Positions 55,428 to 64,000 of a stretch of 64,000 nt of DNA are shown here, piece after piece. This DNA is from an archaeon. GTDB taxonomy: Archaea > B1Sed10-29 > WALL01. Numbering within the stretch: the stretch's first letter is position 1; every line of letters begins with the position of its first letter. The notes beneath the pieces are model-generated. The model saw only the letters and a program-made list of their open reading frames with translations. It ran no database searches and was not told the DNA's origin. Location: NCBI GenBank assembly GCA_042584585.1, contig JBHOSQ010000005.1, positions 7,526-71,525 of the forward strand, given 5' to 3'. A program made the translations under genes and the position numbers.

Positions 55428-56343
55428 CGACGTGGATGTAGCGCCGCATGCTTTTGTGAACGTACATTTCGAACCACTGCGTGGTCTTCCACCCCGCTTT
55501 TTTCAGCAGCGGCTTCAAGTCGCTGTGCGCCATCACGACCAGCTTCTTGGAATGTGTTTTCATTTTCTTGAATGCGTCAAGGTAAAGCTCGTCACGGTTT
55601 TTCCCGAACAGGCCCGAGCTTTTTCCGTACGGCAGGTCACTAACGATTGCGTCGAACTTTCCGCCCTTCCACTCGAGGAAATCGCTTTGGTCGACCTGGA
55701 CCTTTTTTTCCATCCTGTAGAACCACGCGTTTTCCCGTGCACCTTCCGCGTATTCTTCACTAATCTCAATGCCCTGTGCCGCGAGCCCAAAGTCCGCGGC
55801 CTCCAAAAGGATTCCGCCGACGCCACAGAACGGGTCAAGCACTTTTCCTTTCTTCACGCCAGTGAGGTTGACGAGCAGCCGCCCGTACTTTGGCTGCAGG
55901 CTCGTCGGGTGGAACACCATTCGCGCGTTGACGTCGCGCTCGGCAAAACTCTTCGGAGAGTACTCGTACAGCTGTTCCGTGACCCAGTACTTTTTGCCGT
56001 CGGTGAAAAGGCGGATTACAGCATTTGGCGTCTCCAGGTCCACTTTTCCCTTGACCTGCCCGGCCACGGCATTGATTATTTCCGAGCTGCTTTCCTTGCC
56101 TGCCACGCGGCTCACGCGGACAGCAAAGGATTTATAAGCAGGAAGCCGTAATCCTTTGCAGGTGTTTGTTTCAGTCAATAGCTTCCCAGCGAACCGCGTC
56201 ATCACGAGGCGGCTGAGCAGCTTGGCGTCGCCCTCAACGAGCAAGAGCTCGCCGTGCAGCGCCGTGGCTTTCGGGAAAAGCGATTCCGCCTCCGCCTTTG
56301 CGAGCGCGGGGTCCTGGCGCGACAGCTGGAGCACCAACTTCAT
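55417..56343 (-). CDS. tRNA (guanine10-N2)-methyltransferase Trm11/TrmG10-like (THUMP + class I MTase)
   Basis: Probable start at the internal MKLVLQL. SAM motif LDPFCGVGGILLEA and catalytic DLPYG. Confidence 0.7.
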   Translation of the reverse strand: MKLVLQLSRQDPALAKAEAESLFPKATALHGELLLVEGDAKLLSRLVMTRFAGKLLTETNTCKGLRLPAYKSFAVRVSRVAGKESSSEIINAVAGQVKGKVDLETPNAVIRLFTDGKKYWVTEQLYEYSPKSFAERDVNARMVFHPTSLQPKYGRLLVNLTGVKKGKVLDPFCGVGGILLEAADFGLAAQGIEISEEYAEGARENAWFYRMEKKVQVDQSDFLEWKGGKFDAIVSDLPYGKSSGLFGKNRDELYLDAFKKMKTHSKKLVVMAHSDLKPLLKKAGWKTTQWFEMYVHKSMRRYIHVASA

Positions 56344-56375
56344 TGGACAAATATTGCCCACCGGAGTATTAAAGC

Positions 56376-58325
56376 ATGCCGAAGAAAAAGCGCAGCAAGC
56401 CGTCCGGCAGACCGTCTTCGACGAAGTCAAAGACAAAGGCTAAGCCAAAGGCATCCACAAAATCCTTGCTGCCGCTCAGCATAAAGTCGACCGCCAGCAT
56501 CAAGATCCCTGCGAAGACCGTGGACCAGGTCCTTGGCCAGGAGAAAGGAGTCGAGATAATAAAGAAGGCGGCCAGCCAGCGGCGCAACGTATTCCTGCTC
56601 GGCGACCCGGGCACGGGCAAGTCCATGCTCGGCCTCGCAATGGCGGAGCTGTTGCCGGTGAGCAAGCTCCAGGACATTCTCGTCTACCAGAACCCGGCAG
56701 ACGCCAACCAGCCCACTATCGAGGCCGTGAAGGCGGGCAAGGGCTCCAAGGTCATGGAGGAAGAGACCAAAAAATCCATGGCGGGCGGCAGCTCCAAGCA
56801 GATGGTGGGGTTCATCGCGTTTTTGTTTTTGCTTTCAATTCCGTGGGTATTGCTTTGGCTCGGCTGGCTCAGTGAGCTCATGGCCGGCGCGTCACTCATT
56901 GTCGCTGGCATGCTCGGAATCGGCGTCGTCATCGGCATGCAGATGCGGCCGCGCAGCGACATCAGTGTCCCAAAATTGTTGGTTGACAACAAAAACCAAA
57001 AGCACGCCCCGTTCATTGAGGCGACTGGCGCGAAGGCCGGCGCACTCCTCGGCGACGTCAAGCACGACCCACTGCAGTCCGGGGGCCTCGGCACTCCCGC
57101 GCACTTGCGTGTGATATCCGGAATGATTCACCGCGCGCACCTAGGGGTATTGTTCATCGACGAAATCGGCACGCTTTCACCAAAGTCACAGCAGGAACTG
57201 CTGACCGCGATGCAGGAAAAAAAGTTTTCAATCACTGGCCAGAGCGAGCTTAGCTCCGGCGCAATGGTGCACACTTCGCCCGTCCCGTGCAACTTCGTTC
57301 TTGTCGCCGCGGGAAACCTGCTGGACCTGAAGAACATGCACCCCGCGCTCCGCAGCAGAATCAGGGGCTACGGCTACGAGGTCTACCTCAACAACAAGAT
57401 GCCGGACACTCCCGAAAACCGCATCAAGCTCGCGCAGTTCGTGGCGCAGGAGGTCCGGAAGGACGGGCAAATCCCGCACTTTTCGAGGGAAGCGGTGGAA
57501 GACATAATCCGCGAGGCCCGCAAGCGCGCCGGAAGAAAAGGAAAGCTGACGGTGAAGCTGCGTGAGCTCGGTGGGCTTGTGCGTGCGGCCGGCGACATTG
57601 CGCAGGGCGAGGGCGCGAAGCTCGTGCAGCCGAAGCACATCACGCAAGCCAAGAAACTGGCACGCACGATGGAGCAGCAGCTCGCGGACCAGTACATTTC
57701 ACAGAAAAAAGAGTACGAAGTGTTTTCGACGAGCGGAAAAAAAGTCGGAAAAGTAAACGGCCTTGCCATCATGGGTGATGGCGGAATCATTCTCCCAATC
57801 GAGGCAGAGATTGCCCCGGCGCACTCCAAGAGCGAGGGCAAATTAATCGCGACTGGCAAGCTTGGGGAAATCGCGCGTGAGGCTGTGATGAACGTCTCGG
57901 CGATTATCAAGAAGTACAAGGGCACTGACATTTCCCGCCGCGACATCCACGTGCAGTTTCTCCAGACCTATGAAGGGGTCGAGGGGGACTCCGCGTCCGT
58001 CTCGGTCGCCACTGCGTTGATAAGCGCGCTTGAGGACTTGCCGGTGGACCAGAGCATCGCCATGACCGGCTCGCTGAGCGTGCGGGGCGAAGTCCTCCCT
58101 GTTGGGGGCATAACTCCGAAGGTCGAGGCGGCGATTGGCGCCGGAATGAAGACCGTGGTGATTCCTGAGGCGAACAAGGACGACATCCTGCTTTCCCCCG
58201 CGAACCTAAAGAAAATCAAGGTGGTGACGGCGGCGAACCTGTATCAAGTGCTTGACGCGGTTTTGGTTCATTCCAGCAAGAAGCCGGCGCTCCTGAAGAA
58301 GATTAAGCGCATTGTGAGCCGATAG
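56376..58325 (+). CDS. lonB: archaeal membrane-anchored Lon protease (LonB)
   Basis: GDPGTGKS Walker A, two TM helices inserted in the AAA domain, and a C-terminal Lon protease domain (...[16 protein letters not shown]...K...). The true start may be the TTG near 56466. Confidence 0.9.
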   Translation: MPKKKRSKPSGRPSSTKSKTKAKPKASTKSLLPLSIKSTASIKIPAKTVDQVLGQEKGVEIIKKAASQRRNVFLLGDPGTGKSMLGLAMAELLPVSKLQDILVYQNPADANQPTIEAVKAGKGSKVMEEETKKSMAGGSSKQMVGFIAFLFLLSIPWVLLWLGWLSELMAGASLIVAGMLGIGVVIGMQMRPRSDISVPKLLVDNKNQKHAPFIEATGAKAGALLGDVKHDPLQSGGLGTPAHLRVISGMIHRAHLGVLFIDEIGTLSPKSQQELLTAMQEKKFSITGQSELSSGAMVHTSPVPCNFVLVAAGNLLDLKNMHPALRSRIRGYGYEVYLNNKMPDTPENRIKLAQFVAQEVRKDGQIPHFSREAVEDIIREARKRAGRKGKLTVKLRELGGLVRAAGDIAQGEGAKLVQPKHITQAKKLARTMEQQLADQYISQKKEYEVFSTSGKKVGKVNGLAIMGDGGIILPIEAEIAPAHSKSEGKLIATGKLGEIAREAVMNVSAIIKKYKGTDISRRDIHVQFLQTYEGVEGDSASVSVATALISALEDLPVDQSIAMTGSLSVRGEVLPVGGITPKVEAAIGAGMKTVVIPEANKDDILLSPANLKKIKVVTAANLYQVLDAVLVHSSKKPALLKKIKRIVSR

Positions 58326-58357
58326 CCTTTTTATTCTAGCCTGTATAACATATACGC

Positions 58358-58555
58358 ATGTACGACGAGTTCGTTAACTTGTTCCAATCCAACTTGATGG
58401 GCAAGCTTGGCTTCACCATGATGCTGCTCAGCCCGTTCTCGATGGCAGTGGCATTGGTCTACCGGGACTTCCTGCTGCTGGGCACGGCTTTTGTCATGCT
58501 GGTGCTTGGCGGGGCTAACCTGGTTTACTTGACCAAGAAGCAGATTAGGCAATAA
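58358..58555 (+). CDS. small hypothetical membrane protein
   Basis: 65 aa with two predicted TM helices. Confidence 0.3.
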   Translation: MYDEFVNLFQSNLMGKLGFTMMLLSPFSMAVALVYRDFLLLGTAFVMLVLGGANLVYLTKKQIRQ

Positions 58556-59831
58556 TTGCTGTGCTGTCCCTCACCATCAGGACTTTGTTGAAGCTAGCGG
58601 GAGTCTTCTCTCCGCGCAGGGTGTAGTAAAAGTAGTTGTTCTTGTAGTCAATGAAGCTAATTTTCCCGAGCTCGTCGCCTTCCGCGTCCTTGACCGCGAT
58701 TCCCTTTTGTATCCGCGGCTTGACATACCTCTTCATGTAAATGTATTTTATGACGACGAATCCCACGAGCGTAATCATGAAGCTTGTGCCCACCGCAACG
58801 AACAAGTCAGCGAACGTCGGGCCGATTGGAATCGCGTCTGTCCAGAACAGCGCGAACTTTCCGACTGCCTCGGTAATAACGTAAAGCGCAATCATTGACA
58901 CGATGCTGCGGGCGTACTTCCGTATCCGGTAGTACTCACCCTTGTAGTACATGTCCCCGATCCTCCCGGCCAGGAACAGCACCGCAGACAGCACGGCCAA
59001 CCCAATAAACCCAATCAGGAAACCGGCTATGTTAACTATGTTGACATAGCTTTGCTTGATTATGATTCCTGCGGGCACCGCGTCCCAAACGAACGAAATG
59101 TTGTCCACGCCCGCCCAAAGCGAAAGCAAAAGCAACAGCGCAGCGCCCATGTAGAGCGGGAAGCTGGCGCGCTCGATGCTCGTGGTCTTCCGGAACATTG
59201 TGAACGCGCCGACAAGCGAGTCCTCAATCCCGAATCCCTTGAGTATCAGGTAAAACCCAATCAGGGCCAGGAACACGTTAAGCGAAATCTGCTGGATGCC
59301 CAGCAAGTGCACCGCGCCGTAAAGCGCCAATGCAATCCCCGGCAACCCAAAGATGAGCCGAGCGAAGTGGGGGTCGCGCAACACTTCCTTAATCACGTAA
59401 TAGCTCTTCTCCAATTCCTTGGCCTGCTTGACTATGACTGTTTTGACGCTGAGCACTTTGGTCCGCGACTGGATGAGCGGGAGCACCTGCTCGTCGTCCG
59501 CGCCATCACTTATAACGATTATTCCCTTGACGTCGCCCTTCTTCAGGATTCTCTCGAGCTGCTTGACGATTTCCTTGTCCGCCTTGTAGTCCCGGTCCCT
59601 GTGGCCGCACACGGTCACGACCTCGACCGCTTCCCCGTCTTTCTTCAGCTGCCGATAAGTCTTCACTGCCGCATACACTGCGTTGATGTCCGACTCGCTC
59701 GGGTCCTTTAGCGCCAAAGCCTGCGCTGCCTCCAGGTTTGCCTTTTCACCGACTATGGGGCTCTTAACGCCTGCTTTCTTCCCGTAGTCGTCATCCCGGT
59801 CTACGCACAGCACAATAGTCCTTTTCTTCAT
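58545..59831 (-). CDS. DUF373-like archaeal membrane protein
   Basis: Soluble N-terminal domain (IVLCVDRDDD...) followed by a polytopic C-terminus. Confidence 0.45.
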   Translation of the reverse strand: MKKRTIVLCVDRDDDYGKKAGVKSPIVGEKANLEAAQALALKDPSESDINAVYAAVKTYRQLKKDGEAVEVVTVCGHRDRDYKADKEIVKQLERILKKGDVKGIIVISDGADDEQVLPLIQSRTKVLSVKTVIVKQAKELEKSYYVIKEVLRDPHFARLIFGLPGIALALYGAVHLLGIQQISLNVFLALIGFYLILKGFGIEDSLVGAFTMFRKTTSIERASFPLYMGAALLLLLSLWAGVDNISFVWDAVPAGIIIKQSYVNIVNIAGFLIGFIGLAVLSAVLFLAGRIGDMYYKGEYYRIRKYARSIVSMIALYVITEAVGKFALFWTDAIPIGPTFADLFVAVGTSFMITLVGFVVIKYIYMKRYVKPRIQKGIAVKDAEGDELGKISFIDYKNNYFYYTLRGEKTPASFNKVLMVRDSTAIIA

Positions 59832-59886
59832 CTTCCAGTACCTTATCCCTTTATATATTCTGTTCTAATTTAAATTAATCGGTTGT

Positions 59887-60927
59887 ATGCCCAAATTTGA
59901 GGATATAACGGCGATTCGGCCGGCCGGAAAGAAGCCCCGTGGCAAGGAAGTCGGCAGCTTCCTGCTTATCCTTGTCCTTGCAGTACTCGGCATTTTCGTG
60001 CTCTACGCACTCGGCGTCATCACCGAATTGATTCTTCTCGCTGGATTACTCGTAGTCCTCTTCTACATATACAGCAACACGCCCCCGTTCCTCATTGAAC
60101 TGGAGCAATACGAGCGCGCCGTAATCCTGCGCTACGGAAAATTCCTTCGCGTCGCTGGCCCGGGATGGGTCTTTCTTGCCCCGTTCATCGACGACGCGCG
60201 CATTGTGGACCAGCGTGTTGTGGTCGTGGACATAGAGCCACAAGAAGTATTGTCAAAGGACAACATCAAGCTCCACATCGACGGCATCATCTACATGAGC
60301 GTCAAGGACGCCGAGGCCGCGGTCATCAACATCAAGAACCCCGTCGAGGCAGCGACTACTTACGTCCGCGCACACTTGCGTGACATCATCGGCAAGATGG
60401 AGCTCGAGGCGGTAATCAGCGACATCCACGTCATCAACGAATTGCTCCGGGCAGGCCTGGCCAAAATGTCCAAGGAGTGGGGCGTCGACGTCGCAAAAGT
60501 AGAAATCCAGAGCATCGAACTGCCCGACGTTGTCATGGACGCAATGCACGACCGCAAGGCCGCGGAACAAAAGAAGTACGCGACCGAAGAGCTTGCCAAG
60601 GCACAGGCAATCAAAATCGACGCCATCCGCAAGGCTGCGGGCCAACTCAACGATCCCGCAATCCAGTACCTCTACCTCCAGGCACTCGAAAAAGTCGCGG
60701 AAGGCAAGTCATCCAAAATCATTTTCCCACTCGAGCTCACCCACCTCGCGTCACGCTTGTCCGGCAACATGAACCCCAACCAGCGGGCAAAGTTCCAGGA
60801 CGACATGGTGGACAACTACAACGAGTTTATGCTTGAGGAAACGCGCGACGGTGTGCCGATTTCCAGAACGGACATCCTCAATACCCTGAAGCGCAAGGCC
60901 CGAAGAAAACTGAAGAAGGAGAAGTGA
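59887..60927 (+). CDS. SPFH/Band 7 (stomatin/prohibitin-like) protein
   Basis: N-terminal TM, then an ...ERAVILRYGKF...VDQRVVVVDIEPQEVLSKDNI... SPFH core, and a coiled-coil C-terminus. Confidence 0.85.
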   Translation: MPKFEDITAIRPAGKKPRGKEVGSFLLILVLAVLGIFVLYALGVITELILLAGLLVVLFYIYSNTPPFLIELEQYERAVILRYGKFLRVAGPGWVFLAPFIDDARIVDQRVVVVDIEPQEVLSKDNIKLHIDGIIYMSVKDAEAAVINIKNPVEAATTYVRAHLRDIIGKMELEAVISDIHVINELLRAGLAKMSKEWGVDVAKVEIQSIELPDVVMDAMHDRKAAEQKKYATEELAKAQAIKIDAIRKAAGQLNDPAIQYLYLQALEKVAEGKSSKIIFPLELTHLASRLSGNMNPNQRAKFQDDMVDNYNEFMLEETRDGVPISRTDILNTLKRKARRKLKKEK

Positions 60928-60931
60928 TCGA

Positions 60932-61372
60932 ATGGCCTGGCTCGAAATCCTTTTGCTCGTGCTAACGCCCGGCATAGAGCTCCGCGGAGCAATCCCTTAC
61001 GGCATAGCAATCGGCATGGACCCATTGGCCGTTGCGTTGTTCGCCACCGTAGCCAACATGGCACTAGTCTTTCCACTTTTCATCTTCCTTGACAACGTCT
61101 TTCCCTTTTTCGAGAAATGGGGCTTAACCCAAAAAATTATTTCCCGAACCCAGAAAGCCGCAAAGCCATACTTAGACCAATACGGCCTCATCGGCCTTGC
61201 CTTGTTCGTGGCCATTCCCCTCCCCGGCTCCGGCGTCTACACCGGAGCGCTCGCGGCCTACCTGTTCGGCGTCCCCAAAAAGGTTTCCACTCCCGCAATA
61301 GCCCTCGGCGCTGCCGTGGCTGGCATACTGGTAACATGTATTTCGGCCGGCTTCATCCCACTGCTTCTTTAG
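60932..61372 (+). CDS. small membrane protein, COG2426/'small multidrug export'-like
   Basis: ...TPGIELRGAIPYG... signature; four predicted TM helices. Confidence 0.45.
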   Translation: MAWLEILLLVLTPGIELRGAIPYGIAIGMDPLAVALFATVANMALVFPLFIFLDNVFPFFEKWGLTQKIISRTQKAAKPYLDQYGLIGLALFVAIPLPGSGVYTGALAAYLFGVPKKVSTPAIALGAAVAGILVTCISAGFIPLLL

Positions 61373-62208
61373 CCCGCCGCCGCAGCCTCAATCAGCGCAC
61401 CAATCACCACAAACACTACCGCGAGGATGAGTACGATGAAAATGTCTTTCATCACAACATGGTTCTTGAAGTCCCTGCGCAGCATTGCCGCGGAAAGCAT
61501 TCCCGCCCCAAGGCCACCGAGGAAGTACGCGCCAATCTCAAAAATCCCGTGCGGAAACAATGATATCAACGAGTAAGGCAGCGCAGTCAAATAAGAAGCA
61601 ATCAATGACCCGCCGGTTTGGGCAGCGTGCTGCCTGGCAAGCATCCCAATCAATACCCCGACTATGCTAGCGTTCCATGTGATTATGTATACGGCTCCCG
61701 CCCCGAACACGAACGAGAACAAAAGCACCAGCGCCAAGACCCCGAGGTTGTTCCACACGAGGCACGTGAAGCCACACGCCTTCGCGACGTGGCCCGTGCT
61801 ACGCAAAGACTCAATCGCGCTTAGCTCACTGACCTGGCTCGAGAACACGCCTTCCATTGTCTCCAACGGAAACACCGTGAAAAACAGCGAAGTGATGATG
61901 ATGAACCCCAGAAAGTAGCATCCGTACACCGCGAACATATCGCCGTGCCGCACTAGAAGGCCAATGTTGCTCTTGGACAGCCAGGGCTCGGCGTCGTCGT
62001 GTTCCTCAATCTGGATGACCCGAACCATCAATGGCGCTGCGGCAATGCATGCGAACGCCACCACGAGATGCCCGCTTTCCTGCCCTGTGCCAATCACTGC
62101 AGTAAGCGCGATGGCCACGGCGCCAATCGCCATGGCGAGAAAAATCATTTTCCACGGAGCCTTCTCCGCTTTTTCTGCCTCAAGCAACGACTCAAGCATA
62201 AATAACAC
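61369..62208 (-). CDS. SpoIIM/DUF95-like membrane protein
   Basis: Six predicted TM helices with a COG1300-like pattern. Confidence 0.4.
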   Translation of the reverse strand: MLFMLESLLEAEKAEKAPWKMIFLAMAIGAVAIALTAVIGTGQESGHLVVAFACIAAAPLMVRVIQIEEHDDAEPWLSKSNIGLLVRHGDMFAVYGCYFLGFIIITSLFFTVFPLETMEGVFSSQVSELSAIESLRSTGHVAKACGFTCLVWNNLGVLALVLLFSFVFGAGAVYIITWNASIVGVLIGMLARQHAAQTGGSLIASYLTALPYSLISLFPHGIFEIGAYFLGGLGAGMLSAAMLRRDFKNHVVMKDIFIVLILAVVFVVIGALIEAAAAG

Positions 62209-62238
62209 TTAGTGTCCCGAGTTTAAATCTTTTTCCAC

Positions 62239-63246
62239 TCACAGCCCCGTTTTTTCGAACACCCACGGCACTGCGGACGGGTACTCCACGACCTTGAACG
62301 CCTTATACCTATTAGCTAACCGCCTTGCTTTTTCGACACTTGTCCGTGCCTCTCCGCCAACCCAGTCCAATCCCAATCGCTTCGCGGTTGCCTTGTCAAC
62401 ATCCACAACCCCCCGGACCAAGTAACCATACTGGTTCACTTTTTCGTATTGGCATTTGATTGTTTCCGCCCTTCGCTTCATGCGCTTCACGAGCTGCCCG
62501 GAGTACTTGTAGTGCACCGAACAAAAATGCGCGCGGCCACCAATTTCTTTTGCGTACCCAACGGCTTTCTCGCCGAGCTCTCGGCTCCCTTCCGCGGCGA
62601 ACCCGTCGCCCCGCTGCCTGAACCCGTGCTCATCCATCCCCTCTTCGTTGGTGTCCGAGTACTCGAACTCGTTAAGGTTCAGAAACAAATTGTTGTCATT
62701 AGCGAATCCAACCACGGCCTTAAGCCGCTTCCAGTCCCCTGGGATGCACGGCACTTCAACGCCCACGCTCATCCCGCTGCCCATCGCAGGCCCAAGCCGT
62801 TCAAACCCCCCGAGCGCGTGGAAGCGGATTTCGTCCAGCCCCGCTTTTTCGAGCAAAGAAATGTTTTTTTTGGTGGCCAAGTCCCCAAACGTATACAAGT
62901 GCACGTGATAGCCATCAAAGTTTTGCTTGGCCAGCTTGATGTAATCACATACCTTGTTTACTTCGCACAACGGGTCCCCGCCCGTGACGCCCATCCCCGT
63001 GGCGCGCATTTCCCTGGACTCCACCAAAAAATCCTTGTTCTTGTGGATTGGGCGCTCGTTTGCCCACGGCTGCCTCTTGCCTTTACGCAAATCCGAGATT
63101 GGGCAGTAAAAACAGTGCTGGCTACACAGCCCGGTGGCAAAGAAAACCATTTTCTCGCCTTTCCAGCAGCGTTTGCAGCCTTCCGCGAGTTCTCCTACCC
63201 TAAAAGAGTTGTACCACACGGTCCATTTATAAACCCCCCCTCTCAT
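62239..63246 (-). CDS. radical SAM protein, COG2108 (PFL-activase-related) family
   Basis: CSQHCFYC (CxxxCxxC) motif and ...GVTGGDPL... Likely start at MRGGVYKW. Confidence 0.6.
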   Translation of the reverse strand: MRGGVYKWTVWYNSFRVGELAEGCKRCWKGEKMVFFATGLCSQHCFYCPISDLRKGKRQPWANERPIHKNKDFLVESREMRATGMGVTGGDPLCEVNKVCDYIKLAKQNFDGYHVHLYTFGDLATKKNISLLEKAGLDEIRFHALGGFERLGPAMGSGMSVGVEVPCIPGDWKRLKAVVGFANDNNLFLNLNEFEYSDTNEEGMDEHGFRQRGDGFAAEGSRELGEKAVGYAKEIGGRAHFCSVHYKYSGQLVKRMKRRAETIKCQYEKVNQYGYLVRGVVDVDKATAKRLGLDWVGGEARTSVEKARRLANRYKAFKVVEYPSAVPWVFEKTGL

Positions 63247-63275
63247 AAAACTACCGATTTTGAGGAGATGAAACA

Positions 63276-63845
63276 ATGTCAGAGGAATTACTGTTTCCTG
63301 GCGATTTTATTGCAAACGCCGAGGAATTTTTGCCCGGAGAGGGCACATATGTTGAAGACGGAAAGATTTTTTCTTCCGTGACCGGAGTAGCCGATAAAAA
63401 CCTTGACCAGCGCGAAGTATCCGTTGGCTGCAAGGGCTGCAAGCTCCCTGTGCTACAGCACTCAGGGCTTGAAGTAATCGGAATCGTGGCCAGGACCAGC
63501 GAAAAAGCCGGCTTCGTCGACTTAATGCCGCTGGAGGACGCAACCCACCGCTACTTTCCGATCCCAGCGTCGACCGTGCTCCGCGTGAACAACATTCGCC
63601 GCGGGTTCGTCAAGAGCCTCGCCGAAGAGTTCAAGATTGGAGACGTCGTGCGCGTCAAGATACTCGAAGCAGACCCGGAAAACGTCGTGGTCAGCACCGA
63701 TGGCCCAAACCTCGGTGTAATCAAGGCGTACTGCGTCAAGTGCCGCACCCCCCTGGACAAGGACGCAAAAGGCCTCACCTGCCCAGAATGCGGGTGGAGA
63801 GACCACAGGCACTTGGCTGCTGACTACCGCGAAGCGAAGGTGTAA
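63276..63845 (+). CDS. csl4: exosome complex RNA-binding protein Csl4
   Basis: N-terminal beta domain, an S1 domain, and a C-terminal CVKC...CPEC zinc ribbon. GAGGAG RBS upstream. Confidence 0.75.
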   Translation: MSEELLFPGDFIANAEEFLPGEGTYVEDGKIFSSVTGVADKNLDQREVSVGCKGCKLPVLQHSGLEVIGIVARTSEKAGFVDLMPLEDATHRYFPIPASTVLRVNNIRRGFVKSLAEEFKIGDVVRVKILEADPENVVVSTDGPNLGVIKAYCVKCRTPLDKDAKGLTCPECGWRDHRHLAADYREAKV

Positions 63846-63846
63846 A

Positions 63847-64000
63847 TATGGAACTGGTTTTTCTCGAGAACAGGAAAGACTCGATGGTCGTCGACCTTAA
63901 GGGCGAGGCACACACGTTCCCAAGCCTCTTGTGCTGGGCCCTTTTGAAGGACCCTAAGGTTCAAGTCGCAGTCTATGACGTGCCCCACCCACTAATCGGC
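63847..64000 (+). CDS. rpoL: DNA-directed RNA polymerase subunit L (Rpo11), 3'-partial
   Basis: ...FPSLLCWALLKDPKVQVAVYDVPHPL... is the canonical RpoL motif. Truncated by the window end. Confidence 0.7.

Noticed and set aside
1-64000. CRISPR arrays, rRNA genes, and IS/transposase or integrase genes.
   Set aside because: There are no regularly spaced direct repeats, no rRNA-like stretches, and no transposase/integrase-like ORFs. The only candidate target-site duplication (GGCTTG..GCCGAGAA at 29398/29462) flanks a 50-nt hairpin with no coding capacity.

Overview
This is an archaeal chromosomal segment of about 60% GC, with almost no spacer DNA; consecutive genes are often joined by 4-nt ATGA/GTGA overlaps. 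The core content is housekeeping genes, named by family recognition from the supplied translations because no searches could be run. They include ABCE1 and Pelota (divergent pair), RFC small and large subunits, CTP synthase, a type IA topoisomerase, ThiC, PheS/PheT, Cdc48, LonB, RNase Z, TldD/PmbA, RadB, Csl4, RpoL, a PanB-PanE-pantoate kinase CoA cluster, and a MiaB-like methylthiotransferase. The accessory content is two clusters of genes with class III (archaeal type IV pilin-like) signal peptides, at 6.1-11.3 kb and 33.5-35.6 kb. The first cluster sits beside a 1140-aa PT-linker/PKD-repeat surface protein, Cys-rich secreted proteins, a DUF112/TctA-like membrane protein and a JAMM metalloprotease. 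The second sits beside an M50 protease and tandem DUF4870 membrane paralogs. No pilus ATPase, platform protein or recognisable prepilin peptidase is present in the window. Other notable points: an AT-rich junction in the first ~300 nt; an M29 aminopeptidase broken at a C8 homopolymer; two adjacent genes with near-identical 3' ends (both proteins end FMKIEI); a free-standing ThrRS-editing-domain-like gene in an operon with a radical SAM/SPASM-like enzyme; and a 350-bp AT-rich non-coding island with hairpins and direct repeats. I found no CRISPR array, rRNA, tRNA, transposase or integrase.
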